Origin: the human T2T-CHM13v2.0 reference genome, Homo sapiens
DNA: 64,000 nucleotides
NCBI RefSeq assembly: GCF_009914755.1
Contig: NC_060927.1
Reading direction: 5' to 3' (one strand)
Under the pieces are notes generated by a model, which did not search any database, had not been told where the DNA came from, and worked only from the letters and a program-made list of their open reading frames with translations. Positions 38,401 to 53,558 of the stretch are shown here, piece by piece; position 1 is the stretch's first letter, and each line of letters begins with the position of its first letter. Made by a program: the position numbers and the translations under genes.

Positions 38401-40565
38401 TTCACAAGAATTATTTTAAAAATCGTTTATCTACAATCAAATCTGAATCCCTGTAAGTCCATGTACTAAGGTATTCCTGCCTTCTTTTTTGCACTGCAAA
38501 AAAGTTTGAATGGTCAGAGGCTCCACCTAGAAAAAGTGACAAGTTGAAATTATAATCACTTCTGTTTGTTACTTGTTACCGGGTATAATAAGGACCAGCT
38601 CTCCTTTATGGGGTATATGGTTAGGTATCTTTAATAGAGAGATTTCACTAGAGCATCAGTATCATTTCACTTTTATTTGACTAAAAAATAACAATGACCG
38701 TTTTTGAGTACCTAGTATAATCTAGGTCCTTAACATACGTCATTTCCTTTATTTCTCACAAGAATCCGATGAACTAAGTAACACTTCCTTGCTGAACAGT
38801 TAAGAAAACTGAGACCTAGTTAATAAGTGGCCCAGCCAAGATATGAACCTCAAGTTTTATCTGTTTCAAACTACATGTCTTTCCATTCCCCTTATTGTGT
38901 TTCTAGAAACTATAGAAAAGACTTAGGAAAAGCAAGAAGGAGTGGGACTCCGCACAGCAGTCAAGGGAAACACGACTTATCACACAGATCCGTAACATAT
39001 GACACATCTTTTGCTATGAGATAACTGACCAAACTCATGCCCGAATTCACATGTGCCAGTCAGTCTCCACGAGTCTCCTTGGGCATGCGCCTCAGTGACC
39101 CCTATACGTTCCCCAGTCAGACGCCCTCCACCCACACTAGCACCATATTTATATTTATTATCTTGTTAATGGTTGGGAAGAGGGGAAGCAGCCATTTGTG
39201 GGCCATGCTTTTTCAACGATTTAATTCCTAGTATTTCTGAGCACAAAGAGTGTAATGCTCAGCAATCACTCATTTCCATGAGGATCTGAGATTCTGAAAA
39301 GAAAGTCCCACCATCATCGTGGGTTCTCTTTTGTCATTTCCAATTCCAGGAGTTTCTCCTCTCACTATGAAATAGTTGAACAGCCAGAGTCAGTATGGAT
39401 GGAAAGAGGGAAATGCAGCTGACAGGCTCAAAAGCAGGCAGGAGATTAGCAAGGGAGGGGAAAGACGAGTCTTCCATGAGGGATCATTTTAAACATTCCT
39501 GCCATCTTGTTGCTTTATTTTCTAAGCATCAGTTTCAGTGCTTAATGATAATCTATGGGGATCATCTTCCCAGAAGCAACCTCCTTATTCATGGACTGTC
39601 TGAAATTGATTGCTCAATTTAGCCATGATAAAAATAAAGTACAAGTGCTTCATGTTCCATAATTACCAGAGAGAATAGCTTGGAGTTCTGGGGACCAAGT
39701 CAGTTCTGATGATGTCTCCTAACAAGTCCAAATCACGTTTATTACTGATTGCCCCTTGGAGAGCCAGTTCTAGTAGAAACTTTCAACTTCATAATGTGCT
39801 GCCACACATGGACTTCTTAGCTCCCTCTATCCCCAGGCCAAATACCAGGGCTAATGATTGCCCTTCGGTGATGTTGTCCAGACCCTCTTCAGCCCACTCT
39901 CACACTCTGCAGCATTCTTGCAGGCTGCTGGAAAACTGGAGCTGGGCTGGCTTATAAAAACAAGGAATTTGCCGCCTCCTTAAAGATCCCCTCCCCTCCC
40001 CTCAACATACTCTCCCTGGGAGGTTTCACATTCTTTGCATCCCCCAACTCCCCAAGCTTAGTACTGAGCCTGTGGCTTATGCTTGGGTGGAATTGAATTA
40101 AGGTAGAAAGGGCACATATTGTCATCATTTCCATTTACAGATGGTGAAATCAAGACCCTTAAGTTAAAGTCATTTGCCTGGTGTCACAAACGTAATTGAA
40201 CATAACTGGTCAGGCTGGCAGCAGATGGAGTTCAAGTCTTAAGGAGTATTTTAGTGGTCATTGGAGATAAATTTTGAAGACATGGATAAGATTGGATGGT
40301 AGGTACCTAACATATCAGGAGCCTCAAAAGATAAGGGACAGCGTGGTAAGAGGAGATGGTGATGTGAAGGAGCTGTGGATAGGACCGCTTAGAGCCATGG
40401 GCTATCAATGACTAAGGAAGTGAAATTTGTCTTTGCCAAGCTTAATTGAATGTGAGTGTTTAAGAGTGTGGCTCAAACCATCACTAACTATGAGAAGGCT
40501 GGAGAAAAGATTAAATTTCTCTTTGCCCTATTCTCAACATTTCTAGATAATCAGAAAATCTAGAT

Positions 40566-40790
40566 CAAGGTTTCCAACAGTGGCACTATTGATGTTGGGG
40601 ACTGGGTAATTTACTGGGGGAGGTTGGCATCTTGTGCATGGTAGTATGTTGAATGCCATCCCTGGATTCTACTTGCCACATCCTAACACTGTGTGTACAC
40701 TACACTCTCAATTATGGCAATTAGAAATGTCTCCAGACATTGCCAAGTGTCTCCTGGGAAGCAAAATTGCCCCCCCGTTGAAAACGATGG
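40566..40790 (-). mobile_element. MER20 with intact 8-bp TSD
   Basis: aaatgtctccagacattgccaagtgtc...; TSD atctagat (40558-40565, 40791-40798). Confidence 0.9.
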
Positions 40791-41366
40791 ATCTAGATAA
40801 AGTCCTCAGTCCAGTGGTAGGCATGCAGCAAATGCTGAATAAGTCTTTTTATTTTTCACTTTCCTTTTTGCTCTTCCTTTCCCACATGGTGTCATCCCTT
40901 TCCAAATGACTCTTATGTCCTCTGTTTCATCAGTTGCATTCAAAACCACCTCTGCAGAAGAAACCTGCCAATTGCATTTACGTTGTGAGTGTTTTCATTT
41001 TAATATGGGCACATCACCCTAAGCCACAGACACCATCTCTTATGAGTCAAGTTTAGGCACCAGTGAGCTGGGTAAGGCATGTATTTTAGAGACATTTCCT
41101 TCCTAACCTCTCAGAAAACAGTCTATGCAAATGGTTTTTGTATGCTGCCCACTTATAAGACATAAATGAGTCGTTCACAAAGTGTGTTAGGATGTGAGTG
41201 TTATGTACTAAGAGAGTTTTGTGGTTAAATACATTTGAGAAATTCTGGGTTAATTAAACAAGTCTATTTCTCAGGTCTTTTCAGAACCTTTAAGATGCTA
41301 ACATATACCATGAATATTCATGAAGGGATATGATTTATAGCTTTTTACAAACTTATTTTCACAGGC

Positions 41367-41577
41367 CAAGGGTCAGCAAACTACGGTCCCTAGGCCAAAT
41401 CTGGTCTACCGTTTATTTTTATAAACAAAATTTTACTGGAACACAACCACGTCCACTCGTTTATCTATTGTCTATGGTTGTTTTCATGCTATTAATACAA
41501 TGGTAAGTTGAGTGATTGTTACAAAAACCCCACAAAGCCTGAAGTCTTCACTATTTGGCTTTTAAAGGACAAAATCT
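41367..41577 (+). mobile_element. MER58A hAT-Charlie
   Basis: caagggtcagcaaactacgg...ggccaaatctgg...ttttactggaacacaaccac. Confidence 0.85.
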
Positions 41578-41886
<309 letters not shown>

Positions 41887-42010
41887 TTAGAGGTAGAGTA
41901 TTCCATGGAATACATCCTAGGAAACATGTGTTTAGAGAACCTCAATATTGAAAAAGATTTTAAAGGTCATCTAGCCCTCTGTGGCTGTGTGACTCCACAA
42001 GGACCATGTA

Positions 42011-42372
42011 TGATATGGTTTGGCTGTGTCCCCACCCAAATCTCATCTTGAATTGTAGCTCCTATAATTCCCACGTGTTGTGGAGAAGAACCCAACGGGA
42101 GATAACTGAATCATGGGGCATATGGCATCCCCCATACTGTTCTCATGGTAGTAAATAAATCTCACAAGATCTGATGGTTTTATACAAAACCCTTTCACTT
42201 GGTTCTCATTCTCTCTTGTCTGCCACCATGTAAAATGTGCCTTTTGCCTTCTGCCATGGTTGTGAGGCCTTCCCCAGCCACATGAAACTGTGAGTCCATA
42301 AATCTCTTTTTCTTTATAAATTACCCAGTCTCGGGTATGTCTTTATCAGCAGTATGAAAAAGGACTAATACA
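42011..42372 (+). mobile_element. THE1 solo LTR, nested in MER5A within an L3 relic
   Basis: tgatatggtttggctgtgtccccacccaaatctcatcttgaattgtagctcc...ggactaataca; MER5A continues as gaatcacctggggagcttgttacaaatgcagattcct. Confidence 0.93.
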
Positions 42373-44169
42373 GTGCCCTTGAGAATCACCTGGGGAGCTT
42401 GTTACAAATGCAGATTCCTGGGATCTTTTCCTGACCTACTGACCCAGAATGTCTAGTGGGAAAGCCTAGGAACTGGTATTTAACCAAATCACCCACCCAT
42501 TCATATGCACAGCTAAACTGGTTACCCCTGATCTAATCCAACTACCAACCCTGTGCCTCAATCTCTCAAGTATCCTCAGCATGATAGTTCAGTTTCCCTC
42601 TTCATACCTCTAATGGTGGAGAACTTACTACTTCCCAAATAGCCCCTTCTATTTTTACTCTACAATAATTATCAGAAAGTTCTAATGTTGAATTCAAATA
42701 TGTCCTCTAGGAATGTCTGCACATTGGCTTTTATTTTCTTCCACTTCCACCTCTTGCCAGCTGTGAAGTGTATTTAAACAGGAAGGTAGAGGCCAAACTT
42801 ACCCCAAACATCTACACAGGAAGCCTTTTCTGGCTCTTTCAGACAGAGTTGAGCTTGTCCTGCCTTGTACTTTCAAAGTGCATTGGAGGTTCCTCTGTTT
42901 GTACATTCTCCACCTTTCTGCAAGTTAGTGTGGTGGTAGAAAGTACAGGCATCTGACAAAGCCAGATAAACTTGGGGCTCCATCTTAGCCAGCTGCTTCC
43001 TTGTTCTGGGCCCTTGGGTAAGTTATTTTACCTGAGGCCTCCATTTACTTGTCTTGAAAAAGGGTGTGATATTAGCACCTACCTGGAGATAAGAGTTCTG
43101 AGGCTTAAATAAGATATCCCAGGTACAGGGCTTAGCACGGAGCCTGGTTCACAGGAAGTGCTCAATGGGTGCCAGCAAGGAAGAGGATTTTGGTGATCTG
43201 TCCCCAAAGGGTGGTAAACTTCCCCAGGGAAGGGGCCATCTATAAGTTACTTTCCTTTGAATCCCCGGTGCCTGTCACACAATAAATGCCAACAAATGAA
43301 AGAGTTATTAAAGAAATCGTTAAAGACTGAAAGAGGGCAGTAAAACAGTGGTCAAGAGCAAGGGGACAGAAAGATGGTTCGCCTAATTTCAAATCCCCTT
43401 ACCACCTGTTGCTTCCTGTGTGGTCTTGAGGTCCTGTGAGCTTGGCTTCTCTAAGTAGTCTACTCCTGAGTAAATGCAGCCCCTCCTAGGATGGTTGTGA
43501 ATATTAAATAAGAAAATTCAGGCAAAACATTTAGCACATTAAAAAAAAAGTCCAATGAACGCTATTGTTATAATAATGATTATGAAGACTACTATTTATT
43601 ATTAATAGTATTTTCTCAACAGGGTCTACTGGTGGCTGGGATAAGAGGCTTGCTTGGAAAAGATGTCTTTCTTTGCTCATGGAGGGGAGAAGTCTTATCT
43701 CTGTTTTTTTCTACTTCCTCTCCTTAGATTCCCTTAGGAGATACATAACCAAGGGAGCAGCTTGAAATTTGAGACTAGGCTAATGGAGCCCCATGCAAAT
43801 TCACCTTGGAGTTATACACACAGAAAGTTTTGTGGCCACATCAATCTGTACACAGTGAACATTTCTCTCAGTGCCATAAACCAGATACCCTTCTACCCCC
43901 AGCTGTTTGTAGCATTTTAGGTGAAGACTTCATTAAACTCCTAAATAAGAAAATGAGAGTACTCGAAGGAGACAGAGGAATATCTTGTGTCCAAACCAAA
44001 TAGAGGAGAAACCATAAATATGAGGGCTCCAAGACATCAACATTTATACTCAGAAGGCTCTTCCTACTACTAAATCTGGCTGTTTAATCCCTTGGAGATT
44101 TGCCCTTGATCTCCTTTCTCTGATTTGCTTATGGCCAAATCTGAGCACCTGGAGCTTCTACAGAGGTCA

Positions 44170-44885
44170 GATAAGTTCAATGTTGAATGCTTTACCCTTT
44201 GCTCTATGAGCCAAACACTGTTCTAGACCCTGGGAATAAAAGGTAGACATGCACAATTTTTGCCCTTATGGAGCTCATTGTTCAGGAGGGGAGATAGACA
44301 TCAACCAAAGAATCACATGAATGAATGTAAAATTACAGTGAACAGCGCAATGAAGCAAAGACTCAGGAGTGCCTTGAGATCATGTCATAGGTTATTTGTC
44401 TACAGGGAAGACAAGGAACTCTTCTATCAGGACCTGCTAAAATCAATGGGATCTGATGAATGGGCAGGAGTTATGCAGATGAAGGGAGCAAGGGACTGGT
44501 TTGGAGAATGATGTCAACAGAAGGAAAAGCATATGTGAAGGCCCTGTGGCAGAAGGGAACAAGCATGATAGAGCAACTGAAAGAAGTCCTGCTTGATTAT
44601 AAAAGCAAAGAGCCTGATACAAAATGAGGCTGGTAAGGAAAAGGAGGTCAGACCATGGAGACACACAGCCATCTGGCAAATACGGTCTTTATGGCAAGAG
44701 CAAAGAAAACCCACTGCAGAGTTTGTACCTCAAAAAGTTCAGAAGAGACTAGACTGAAGAGACCAGTTGGGAGGCTGTTAGGCTATCAGGAGATTGGTGG
44801 TGGCATGGACCAGGGTGACGGGCACTGAAGGTAAAGAGAAGTGGATATTGGATCCGAGATATGGAACTGAGATACCAACATTTTA
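44170..44885 (-). mobile_element. L2 LINE fragment
   Basis: tgcccttatggagctca...agcatatgtgaaggccctgtggcagaagggaa...gagaccagttgggaggctgtt...gagaagtggat. Confidence 0.8.
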
Positions 44886-47800
44886 GAAAATGCATATCTT
44901 CATTCTTCTCAGAAATAACTTGGAATTTACAGGCCTCCAAAGATAGAAAACAGAAGGTTATTCAGTCTTACTGGGCAATACTAATGGATTTTACAAATCC
45001 GTACTGCTGCATCATAAACTCAGCTTAATAATTATTGGGGCTGTACACTAGCATCAGAGTCAGAGAGAATGGAGTTCAAATCTCAGCTCACTTACTTCCT
45101 AGCAAATGATTAGCAATAACCTTCATCCTGTCCCTCAGTGTTCTCATCAGTGCAATGGAAAGGATGAACCATGCTTTGTGAGGTTATTACAGGGTTAGAA
45201 AAAGATGACGTGAGGATTACATGTGGGTCATGTGTATAAATTGCCTAGTACTGGTCTACATATGTGTTATCCCTTATCTTCATTAATAAAACACCCTCTA
45301 GTAGGATTGGACACAACATAAACACGAAGAGTGGTGATTTTTTGAAGACAAGAAAGTGATACCATATCTCCATTTTTGAGCAGAATGAAAGATCATGGTC
45401 AGCAGGGGCTGGTGAATTTACATCATAGGAGTAGAGCAACTTCTCAGAAGACAAAAGATAGGGCAATATGTTTCCTACTTTTGTGGACCACAACCCTCAG
45501 AAAGAAACATATTTTATGTTGTGAGCTAGTAATATACTCAGCCTCCATTCTATTTATTCAGTTTCATTCAGAAGAAAACTCTGCTTATGACTCACCAAAA
45601 TGATTTCCTCACCCTAGGGTCACAACCTACAGTCTGAAGAACACCAGGTTAGGGAGTTCACATGCAAGTCCTTCCAGGAAGCCTTCCTGGAACACCCTTA
45701 CCGGGTGGAGGTTGTTACCACACTTCCATTTCCCTGGCTCTTACGAATTCAGGCTGTGCCTCACCATGTATTCATAACTCTTCTCTTGCCTCCCCAAATG
45801 CATTCACTATTGGTGTATCCTTCCTCTACTACTTCATTACTTTACATGAAAGAGACTTGCTTTGAGAAGCTGGGATAGTTTTATATTTGTGCTGGGGGAG
45901 GTAGGGGCAGGCAGGGAGGAAAACTAACATCTCTTCAAATTAACCTGCATTGGCTGAGTGGCTGCTCTGTGCCTTGCACTGAGCAAGGCTTAGGAGGAGA
46001 ATGGGACCTTTCCAGACTCCCAAAGCCTTGGAGGCTGTGCAGAATCTCAGAATGTGGGAGTGGAGCACACGGCCTTCGGCATGAAGCCTCTAAGGGCTCC
46101 TGGACAGGGGCATGGCACCGTCAGACCTCTGCCCTGTGACGAAGAAGCATCTTTAGTAATAGAACAAGACTCCATCTGCCTAAGGAGAGGAATAGCACAG
46201 CTGTCCTTGCTCCACTTTATAAAATAAATAATGTGTTTGCACTCAAAGTTCACTCTCCAGTGTGAAGTGCACAGAGAATCAGGTAGCGACTCTATGCCGG
46301 TGCTTCATTCCAGCCGGCTGGACAGGGAATTGATCTTGTTTCTGTTTGGCTGTTTAAGCTTAGAATGTACATTCAGGACTGAAGCAGCTGAGAAACTAGC
46401 CCATGGGTGAGTTCCTTCCAGCCATGATAATGGAGAGAACTACAACCATGGACTTGTTAGGAGGCAGACAGCGCCAGATTTCAATTTTCTTCTACTGTTT
46501 ACTAGCTGTTGATTGCGAGTATGTTTCTTTACTTCCCTGAGCATCTCTTTTTCTGGCTAATAACACCTATAGAAGAGGGTTGCCAGGGCCATTAAATTAG
46601 ATAAAGCCCCCACTACAGTCCCTAGAACATCATAAGCCCTTAATAAATTGAACATGAATCAGAGTTATTGTTTCTAACACTCAACACAGCATAATTGAGG
46701 GGGTGGGGAGGGCAATCTCCCTAAAACAGCGTTTCCTCCATAAAGCCAAAAGGACATAGTTTCCTAGTGAGAAAACGTGAGAAAGTTAGGCCCTGACAGC
46801 TCCTGGGACAGTAGGAGATGTTATCTCAGTAGGCTCCGTGTTATGCTAATGAGCAGACATTACTTAGCCAGGGATCACCTATTAGCACTTCTGAGAACTC
46901 TATTTCAGCATTCATGTTGCCTTTGAGCACAGGCTGGGAGACATGGAAGGAAAATACCCAGGAGATTTATGCTCTCAATTGTACATAGAATTCTGGTTTC
47001 CTTCCGCAATCCATTTGCTACTGCTTACTTTTCAGAGTTCTCCAAAGTTCTATGCATTTTGTCCAGAGTTTTTGGTTGCAATCAATGGGAGAAACTGCAT
47101 GATATGTGTTTATTCCATCTTAACTAAAATCAGAGTCCTCAGGAAACAGTTTTTCAGGGTGTTGTATTGCATTCAACCCCTGTGGCACGTGATCATCCAC
47201 AAATAGTATGTACAGAAACTTTAGATTGGATTAACTAGAATACCATATTTCCTGAGCATGCCAAATACCCATTATATTCACATTCACTTACTTAAATACA
47301 ATGGAACAGAACTACTTTTCCCACTGAGAACATACACAAAGGGATTTCAATGCCTGTCCTTGAATCAGGAATGAATTGGGAATAATGACTGAATTTTTTC
47401 TTCATGAAAAGTGTAAACATCTATTAACTCATGTTATAGACTCAAATAAGTGTTGAATTAGGCAATATATATTGCCTCCATGTTTTCAGACTGTAATTTT
47501 TTAAGTATCTAACTTGATAAAGCAGCTGTGGGTTGTATTTACGTGGAATCACTGATATTCACAAGAACAGCCTCAAGTTTACTTTTTATGGTAGACAATA
47601 GATTTTGAAATTAAGTAATTATTGTTATATTGCCGAAAAGTATGTCCATTTATATGAATCAACTAATTTCCCAAAGTAGTGTCCATTTAACCAAAAAGGA
47701 AGTGATCCACACCTCTAAAAATATCATTAGAGGGCCAGTGATGACTTTAGACACAGTGTGTGCTCAAATTCACAGAGCTGACAATGTGCTGATAAAGATA

Positions 47801-49212
47801 AGTTAAATTCCAGAAACAGTTGAGAAATAATTTGGTGGTTAAGAACATCAGAAAACAACAGACTTATTGGAAATGATAATGTAGATATTTGCATAGTAAT
47901 ATGTACTGAACAAAATGTTTTTATTCAATTGACTATTCATTCCAAAAGTCATTTATTAAGTGTGCATAATGTGTCATCATTTAACTAGATGCCCTCATAG
48001 TCATAATTTGCTAGTCATCCTAGGTGTACTTTAGCCAAACCTTATAGGTAAAAGTCTGAATTAACAGAATGGATATAGTGAGACATACAAAGATACACTG
48101 TTGAATTATTAAAATAATAAACCTTAAGATATTTTCCATTTAATGTTCTGCAAACATTAAAATTATTCACACATATTTGGAGGACTGTGGACCCCAGGTA
48201 TAAGGGGCAAGGAGCATGGGCTTTGGAATCAGAAGCACCTAGCATCAAATCCTTGAAATTACTTTAAACCTCAGTTTTGTTATCTGTAACCTTTAGAAGA
48301 TAACAGTACCTATGTCAAAGGATCATCACCAAGTATTGCATGATCTAATGCAGTTCTAGTTTTCGGTGAAATCAAACACATAGTAAACCTTCGATATCTA
48401 TATCTCCCCGTATCTAACCACTATGTAATATAGGGTTTATTTGCGTGGCATATAAAATGAATTATTTCTCAGTGGTTGATATTAGTGCCAAATATATGAG
48501 TTTGTCCTATTATCTATGCTATTTAAGAAGAATAATTATATAGAGAAAAAAATTGTTAGGTAATATGCCAACATTAAATATTTGAACTTTGGTATTTTCA
48601 CAACTTGTATTCCCTAAATGAAATAATTTTAATACTCATCCTATTTTCTTGGGCTATTTTGATCTTTATCACTTACTAAGCACCCACAATGTGTGGCTGA
48701 GGATCTACAAAACCCATGTAAGACATAATCCCTGCTTTCACAGAGTTTACCTGCTAAAAAGACAAGATGTACTTTAAAAGGGAGTCTTTGGGAATGAGGA
48801 TTATTTTTGTGTTGCTAAACTGTGCCAGAAAGAAAGCAGTTCATTATCTTATCTCTTCCTGTCCTGTCCATTGAGTTTGTGGTTTTAATGAGATAAAAAT
48901 TTAACCATTTTCTTGCACTTTCAAATGCAAATGAGTCTCTCACTGGAGTGAGCAGAAAGCAAAGCTGAGATGTCATCATACCAAGGAAGTTTAGGAAGTC
49001 CATAATCATTGTAGCAATAATTACTATCATTTTTTAAGCATCTTCTGAGGGCTGGGCTTTTTGCTAGGTGTTTTCCCATTAATCCACACAATAAGGATGT
49101 ATTATTGCCTCCACTTCACTTTGGTGGCCAATGAGGCTTAGAAATGCATAGTAACTTGCAGAAAGCAAAGTCTGGATTTAAACTTGACTGTCTGCTTTTT
49201 TGACATGACCCT

Positions 49213-49639
49213 TGTTAAAGCAAATTTAAAATGGGAACCAGGCCTGAAGAATACCTGAGTGGACAAAGCCAGTTAGGCCTCAACCTTGCGTGATTTGCAA
49301 GCATAAGTGAAACTTAATTTGAACTATTTTTTAAAAATGCCTGTATTAGAGAAAAATAGAACTTAAGCTCAACCAGTAAGAAGCAGCAAACAAACTTAGG
49401 ATTATATAACTACAAACTTTCCGGGGATTGATCAAATAAGGCAACTGTATAACTGTAACCAGTGAAATATTTTCTCTGCGCTACTTCCATGTTCATCCTA
49501 TAAAAGCTTCTTCCCCCTTGTCTTCCCTTGGTGGAGTTTCTGAACCACTTTTGGTTTGGAGTTCCCGGATTCATGAATCACTATTTATTCATATAAACTC
49601 TTTAAAAATTATATTGTGCCTGAGTTTACCCTCTTAATA
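49213..49639 (+). mobile_element. ERV solo LTR (LTR47-like, tentative)
   Basis: tgttaaagcaaatttaaaatgggaaccaggcctgaagaat...; TATAAAA at 49499-49505; degenerate poly-A signal region near the 3' end. Confidence 0.75.
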
Positions 49640-49699
49640 CTCTTTAGCTCAATTTAAGAATATGGTATGCTATAGAATGCAAATGCCTACTCCTCCTGG

Positions 49700-49735
49700 A
49701 TGTCTTCTCTGTTACCCTTTCTTCTACAGGTAAGG
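49700..49735 (+). other. Composite 3'ss/5'ss motif (polypyrimidine-CAG|GTAAGG)
   Basis: tcttctctgttaccctttcttctacag|gtaagg, junction at 49729/49730. Confidence 0.4.
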
Positions 49736-52700
49736 TTCTGATGATAAACACATGGCAGTTGAGCCACAAATCCCCTCACTTCCACTTCTGGCAGACATTA
49801 CTAATTGATCACAGCTCCCTTTTTCAGTGAAACTCAAGGACCGGAGAATCTTCAATACAGTATTCCAAAGCAGTCAGTCTCAACAAATTGACTATAGTTA
49901 ACAGCTGACATCTATTTGAATCTCTGCTATAGTACCTTGTTTATGACTCTATTAATAGCACATATGACATTATATTTTAGTTATTTACCTCCCTTTTAGT
50001 TTTTGCTGGGAGACTATGAGACTCCAGTGGCAGGCCCATTCATCTTCCTCAATCCAGCACCCTGTACACAGTCTACTATGTAACACAATGGGCACCTAGT
50101 AAGTTTTGTTGGATCAAATGTAAGTACTTGTAGTTTAAACCTGTTTGACTACCAAATGCCATACATCCATATGACTGCACTACTGCCTAATACTAGCTTT
50201 CAAGAACTTTTCCAGATGACTCCTGAGCTTTATTCCAGAACTTTCCTAGGTAATCATCAAGTGTCTCTCATTGTGTCTCTTTGGGTCCACAAAAGAAAAG
50301 AAATGAGAAATGAATTAATGATTAATGTCCTGGAGAAGTCTTTCTCCCTTTTTAGTTTATTTCAGCCAGAACCACCTTAGGCTGTATTCTGTGTGGCCTC
50401 TGTGAGAGGTGCTATGTGGTACAGAGAGGAGTAAGTCTTGTTCCCGGACATCAGGGTACTCACAGGCATGTGGGGAGGCAGCCATATAATGACAGTGGGG
50501 TTGTCATGGAGAAAAGCAGGTGACACCTTGGGTGAACAAGGCTTTGTCCAAGAAAATCTTGAAGAGTGAAAAAGATTTGGCCAGGAGGAAAGGGAAAGAA
50601 GGATGTTTAAAGCACAAAAAACATTGTGCTTCTGAGTCTAAATCCAGGCATTCCAGGGATGTGACTGTTGATTTCAAAGTCCTCAAAGTATACGTTTTAT
50701 CTGTCTCTCAAAATGCTTTGGGATCTTCCAAGTAGAACTTCAGTAGATCTGCCCTGAATCTCTGGAGCCTGCCATTGTACATATGCTTTCTACACCAACA
50801 CATGGAAATAGTCTTTCATTTATTTATTATTTTAATGCAGCGATTGATCATGGTTGTTGAGGGGGATCATGCATTTTTTAGGATTTCAGCACACCTTTTA
50901 CATACCCTGAGGGTCCACCTTCTGAAATCAATGAATGCCTCATGAGCATATTCTTTCAGAATTGAAACCTTCAAAAAGAGGCACATAATTTCCCCAATTT
51001 CCTATGAAAGACATTATTCAAATGTCCTCAAGTGACGGATGGTCTAATAATCTGCAAAAACGTGCTCCTTACACTCTGAGGTCAGCCCTGTTTTACTTAA
51101 AAGTTTGCACTCATACAAGTACCATCTGGAGCCCACATCCTCTGTCTTAAGCTTCAAATAAATCCTGATTTACCTCAGAAACATTTGCCAAGAGTCTGCT
51201 TGCTAGAAAAATTACCAGTTTCTCCCCGTTTGAGGCATACCTTTGCAATAAATGAGCATAGTAGGCATTTAATAAAAGACTGCCCATTGGGATGCTCTTT
51301 AGGATGCTAAAAAAGTTACCTGTTGGGGAACAAAAATTGGGAAATTGCAGCTACTCCTTTTTGTGGATGGGGAGGACGGCGGATCTGGAAAGACTACACA
51401 ATTTTTTTTTTTTTTTATCTGGGTCATCCTAATCCAAATTAAAGCTGCATGTGCTGCCTCGACATTCTGACTCAATACCGCTGCAGTTTCCTTACAAAAC
51501 ATTTTTCAGCTCTCAGTATGGGGCACATTTTGATCTGATGATGTATGTAGGTAGAAGAAGAATGGATGGATGCTTGAAGATGGACTTCAAATCTCAAAGG
51601 GATCATGTGCTATTGTGTTCCTTGAAAAGCCTGAGGAATGCTTTATGCTTGGTCTAACCCACAGTCTGCTGGTGGCATGTTTGCAGCTAACACCTTGCAA
51701 AGGGGAAACAGGGCCTTGGGGGCCCATGTTTTCTCTCTGGGACAAAAACCAAGGTGCGTATATGATTTCTCTAATAATTCTAAGGTGTTATCCAAACTCA
51801 GTCCTGGGTCCAATGCACTCTGAAAAATGCCTTAAGCGTTTGAGCTAAGCCACTGAGTAAGGTGATGAAGCTAATCTAGCCACTCTGTTTTTGTGCCAGC
51901 CAGTTGATCCACAGATGCTCTGAACATTGATCTGCTTGCCAGGACTGGAAATGGACCACTCCTGTACTTTTTCACTGAATTCCCTTAAAAGTGGAAAAGC
52001 ACCCCTTTCCTTTTAAAATAGACCCGGAAGCACAGTCAACTAGCCTTAACTCTTTTTCAAGCTTGATTCATAGTTTTTTTTTAAATCAATTCCTGGTAGG
52101 AAATGGGTCCTACACACAAGTATTTTTTTTTTTTTCCAAAAATGGGGAAATGAGTAATTCCTAAGTAATGGGCCAAGAAGGAAACCCGGAACTTCAGCAG
52201 GCTTTTCACCTTTTGAGTGAACAATCATAAAAGCTTTATTAAAGATTATTTTTTGAAAATCACCCACAATTCCATGATCTAACAATAATGTTTTTACCAT
52301 TTTTATTTTTAAAAATCTGGTCTTACTCTAAATATTTTTTAAAATAAAATTGTGATTCATAGTGTATAAACTTTTGCAGAATGCATTTTGTTACTAAAAA
52401 TCTTGTGACCATTTTTGTAGATACTTAATTCCTAAATATTTTTAAAAACTTAGGCTGTTTGAGGGCTACATAATAATCCACAAAATCTTCTTTGCGAAAT
52501 TACATAAAATCAAGCCAGCATATACATCATAGGAATTAATAGGGGGGACTCAAGTTAGAAAGACCTGAGTTTAAATCCTGGTTCTCCTACTGAGAAAGCA
52601 TAAACAATGTATAAATTAATAACACAGTAACATTCATTGAGCATCTGCTATGTAGCAGGCAATTTGCTAATGGCCTTACATGTATTAATTTCACTTAATC

Positions 52701-53558
52701 CTTATAACCCTATGAGGCTGGTACCATTGTTATTCCTACTTTGCAGATGAGGGTATGTACAGAGACTAAGGAATGTTTAATACTTCAGCTCACAAAGTAT
52801 GTACATGCACTTGATCTGGCCATGCCCACATCACCAGACTGAGGTTCCACACTTTTCAACTAGCCTTTGGATGTCAGATCCCACTGATCACCTCCCTGAG
52901 AGTCTGAGTCCTTCCCATCCACAGCCTTAGTGCTGCCTCACAACACTCACTCCTTCTAAATGCCACTTGCTTCAGGAAGCCTTCTTAGTGCTCTTGACAT
53001 ATACTCTCTTGGCAACCTGCACTTTCATTTAGAGCACTTCTTAGATGGGGATTAGTTCATTTTGTAACTGTGAGTTTGACACCCCCCTCTTCTTGCTGGA
53101 GGGAGACACCACGATTCCCTCACATCCATATTCCCCCTCCACACTGTGGATGACTGACTTATTAGTGAATATCCTTCTCAATTCTTTAACCATTAATATG
53201 GTCCGTTCCCATCAGCTCATTTCTAATTCTGTGGCCTTCAGCACGACCAAGAGGGAAGAAGAAGAGAGGAGTGAAATTTCTCAATTAAACTGTGGGTAAC
53301 TTTGGGAAGGAAGGGGCTTTGAAAGCCTCATTCATTCTGTGTTCCTTTCAGAACAGAAGCTTGCATCTGCACTTGCCATTTTTGCCAAGACGATCTGTGG
53401 AGGGCTCTGGAGGTAGTGCTATTGCATTCAAACTACTTCTTTGACAACATGAAGCTTCAAGTCCACAGAACTGTCCCCAAATATACATTTTGGTGGAGGA
53501 GCGGAATAAGTGCTTCCTAAAAAGTCTTTCTCTAAGGCTCACTGATTCCACACATTAC

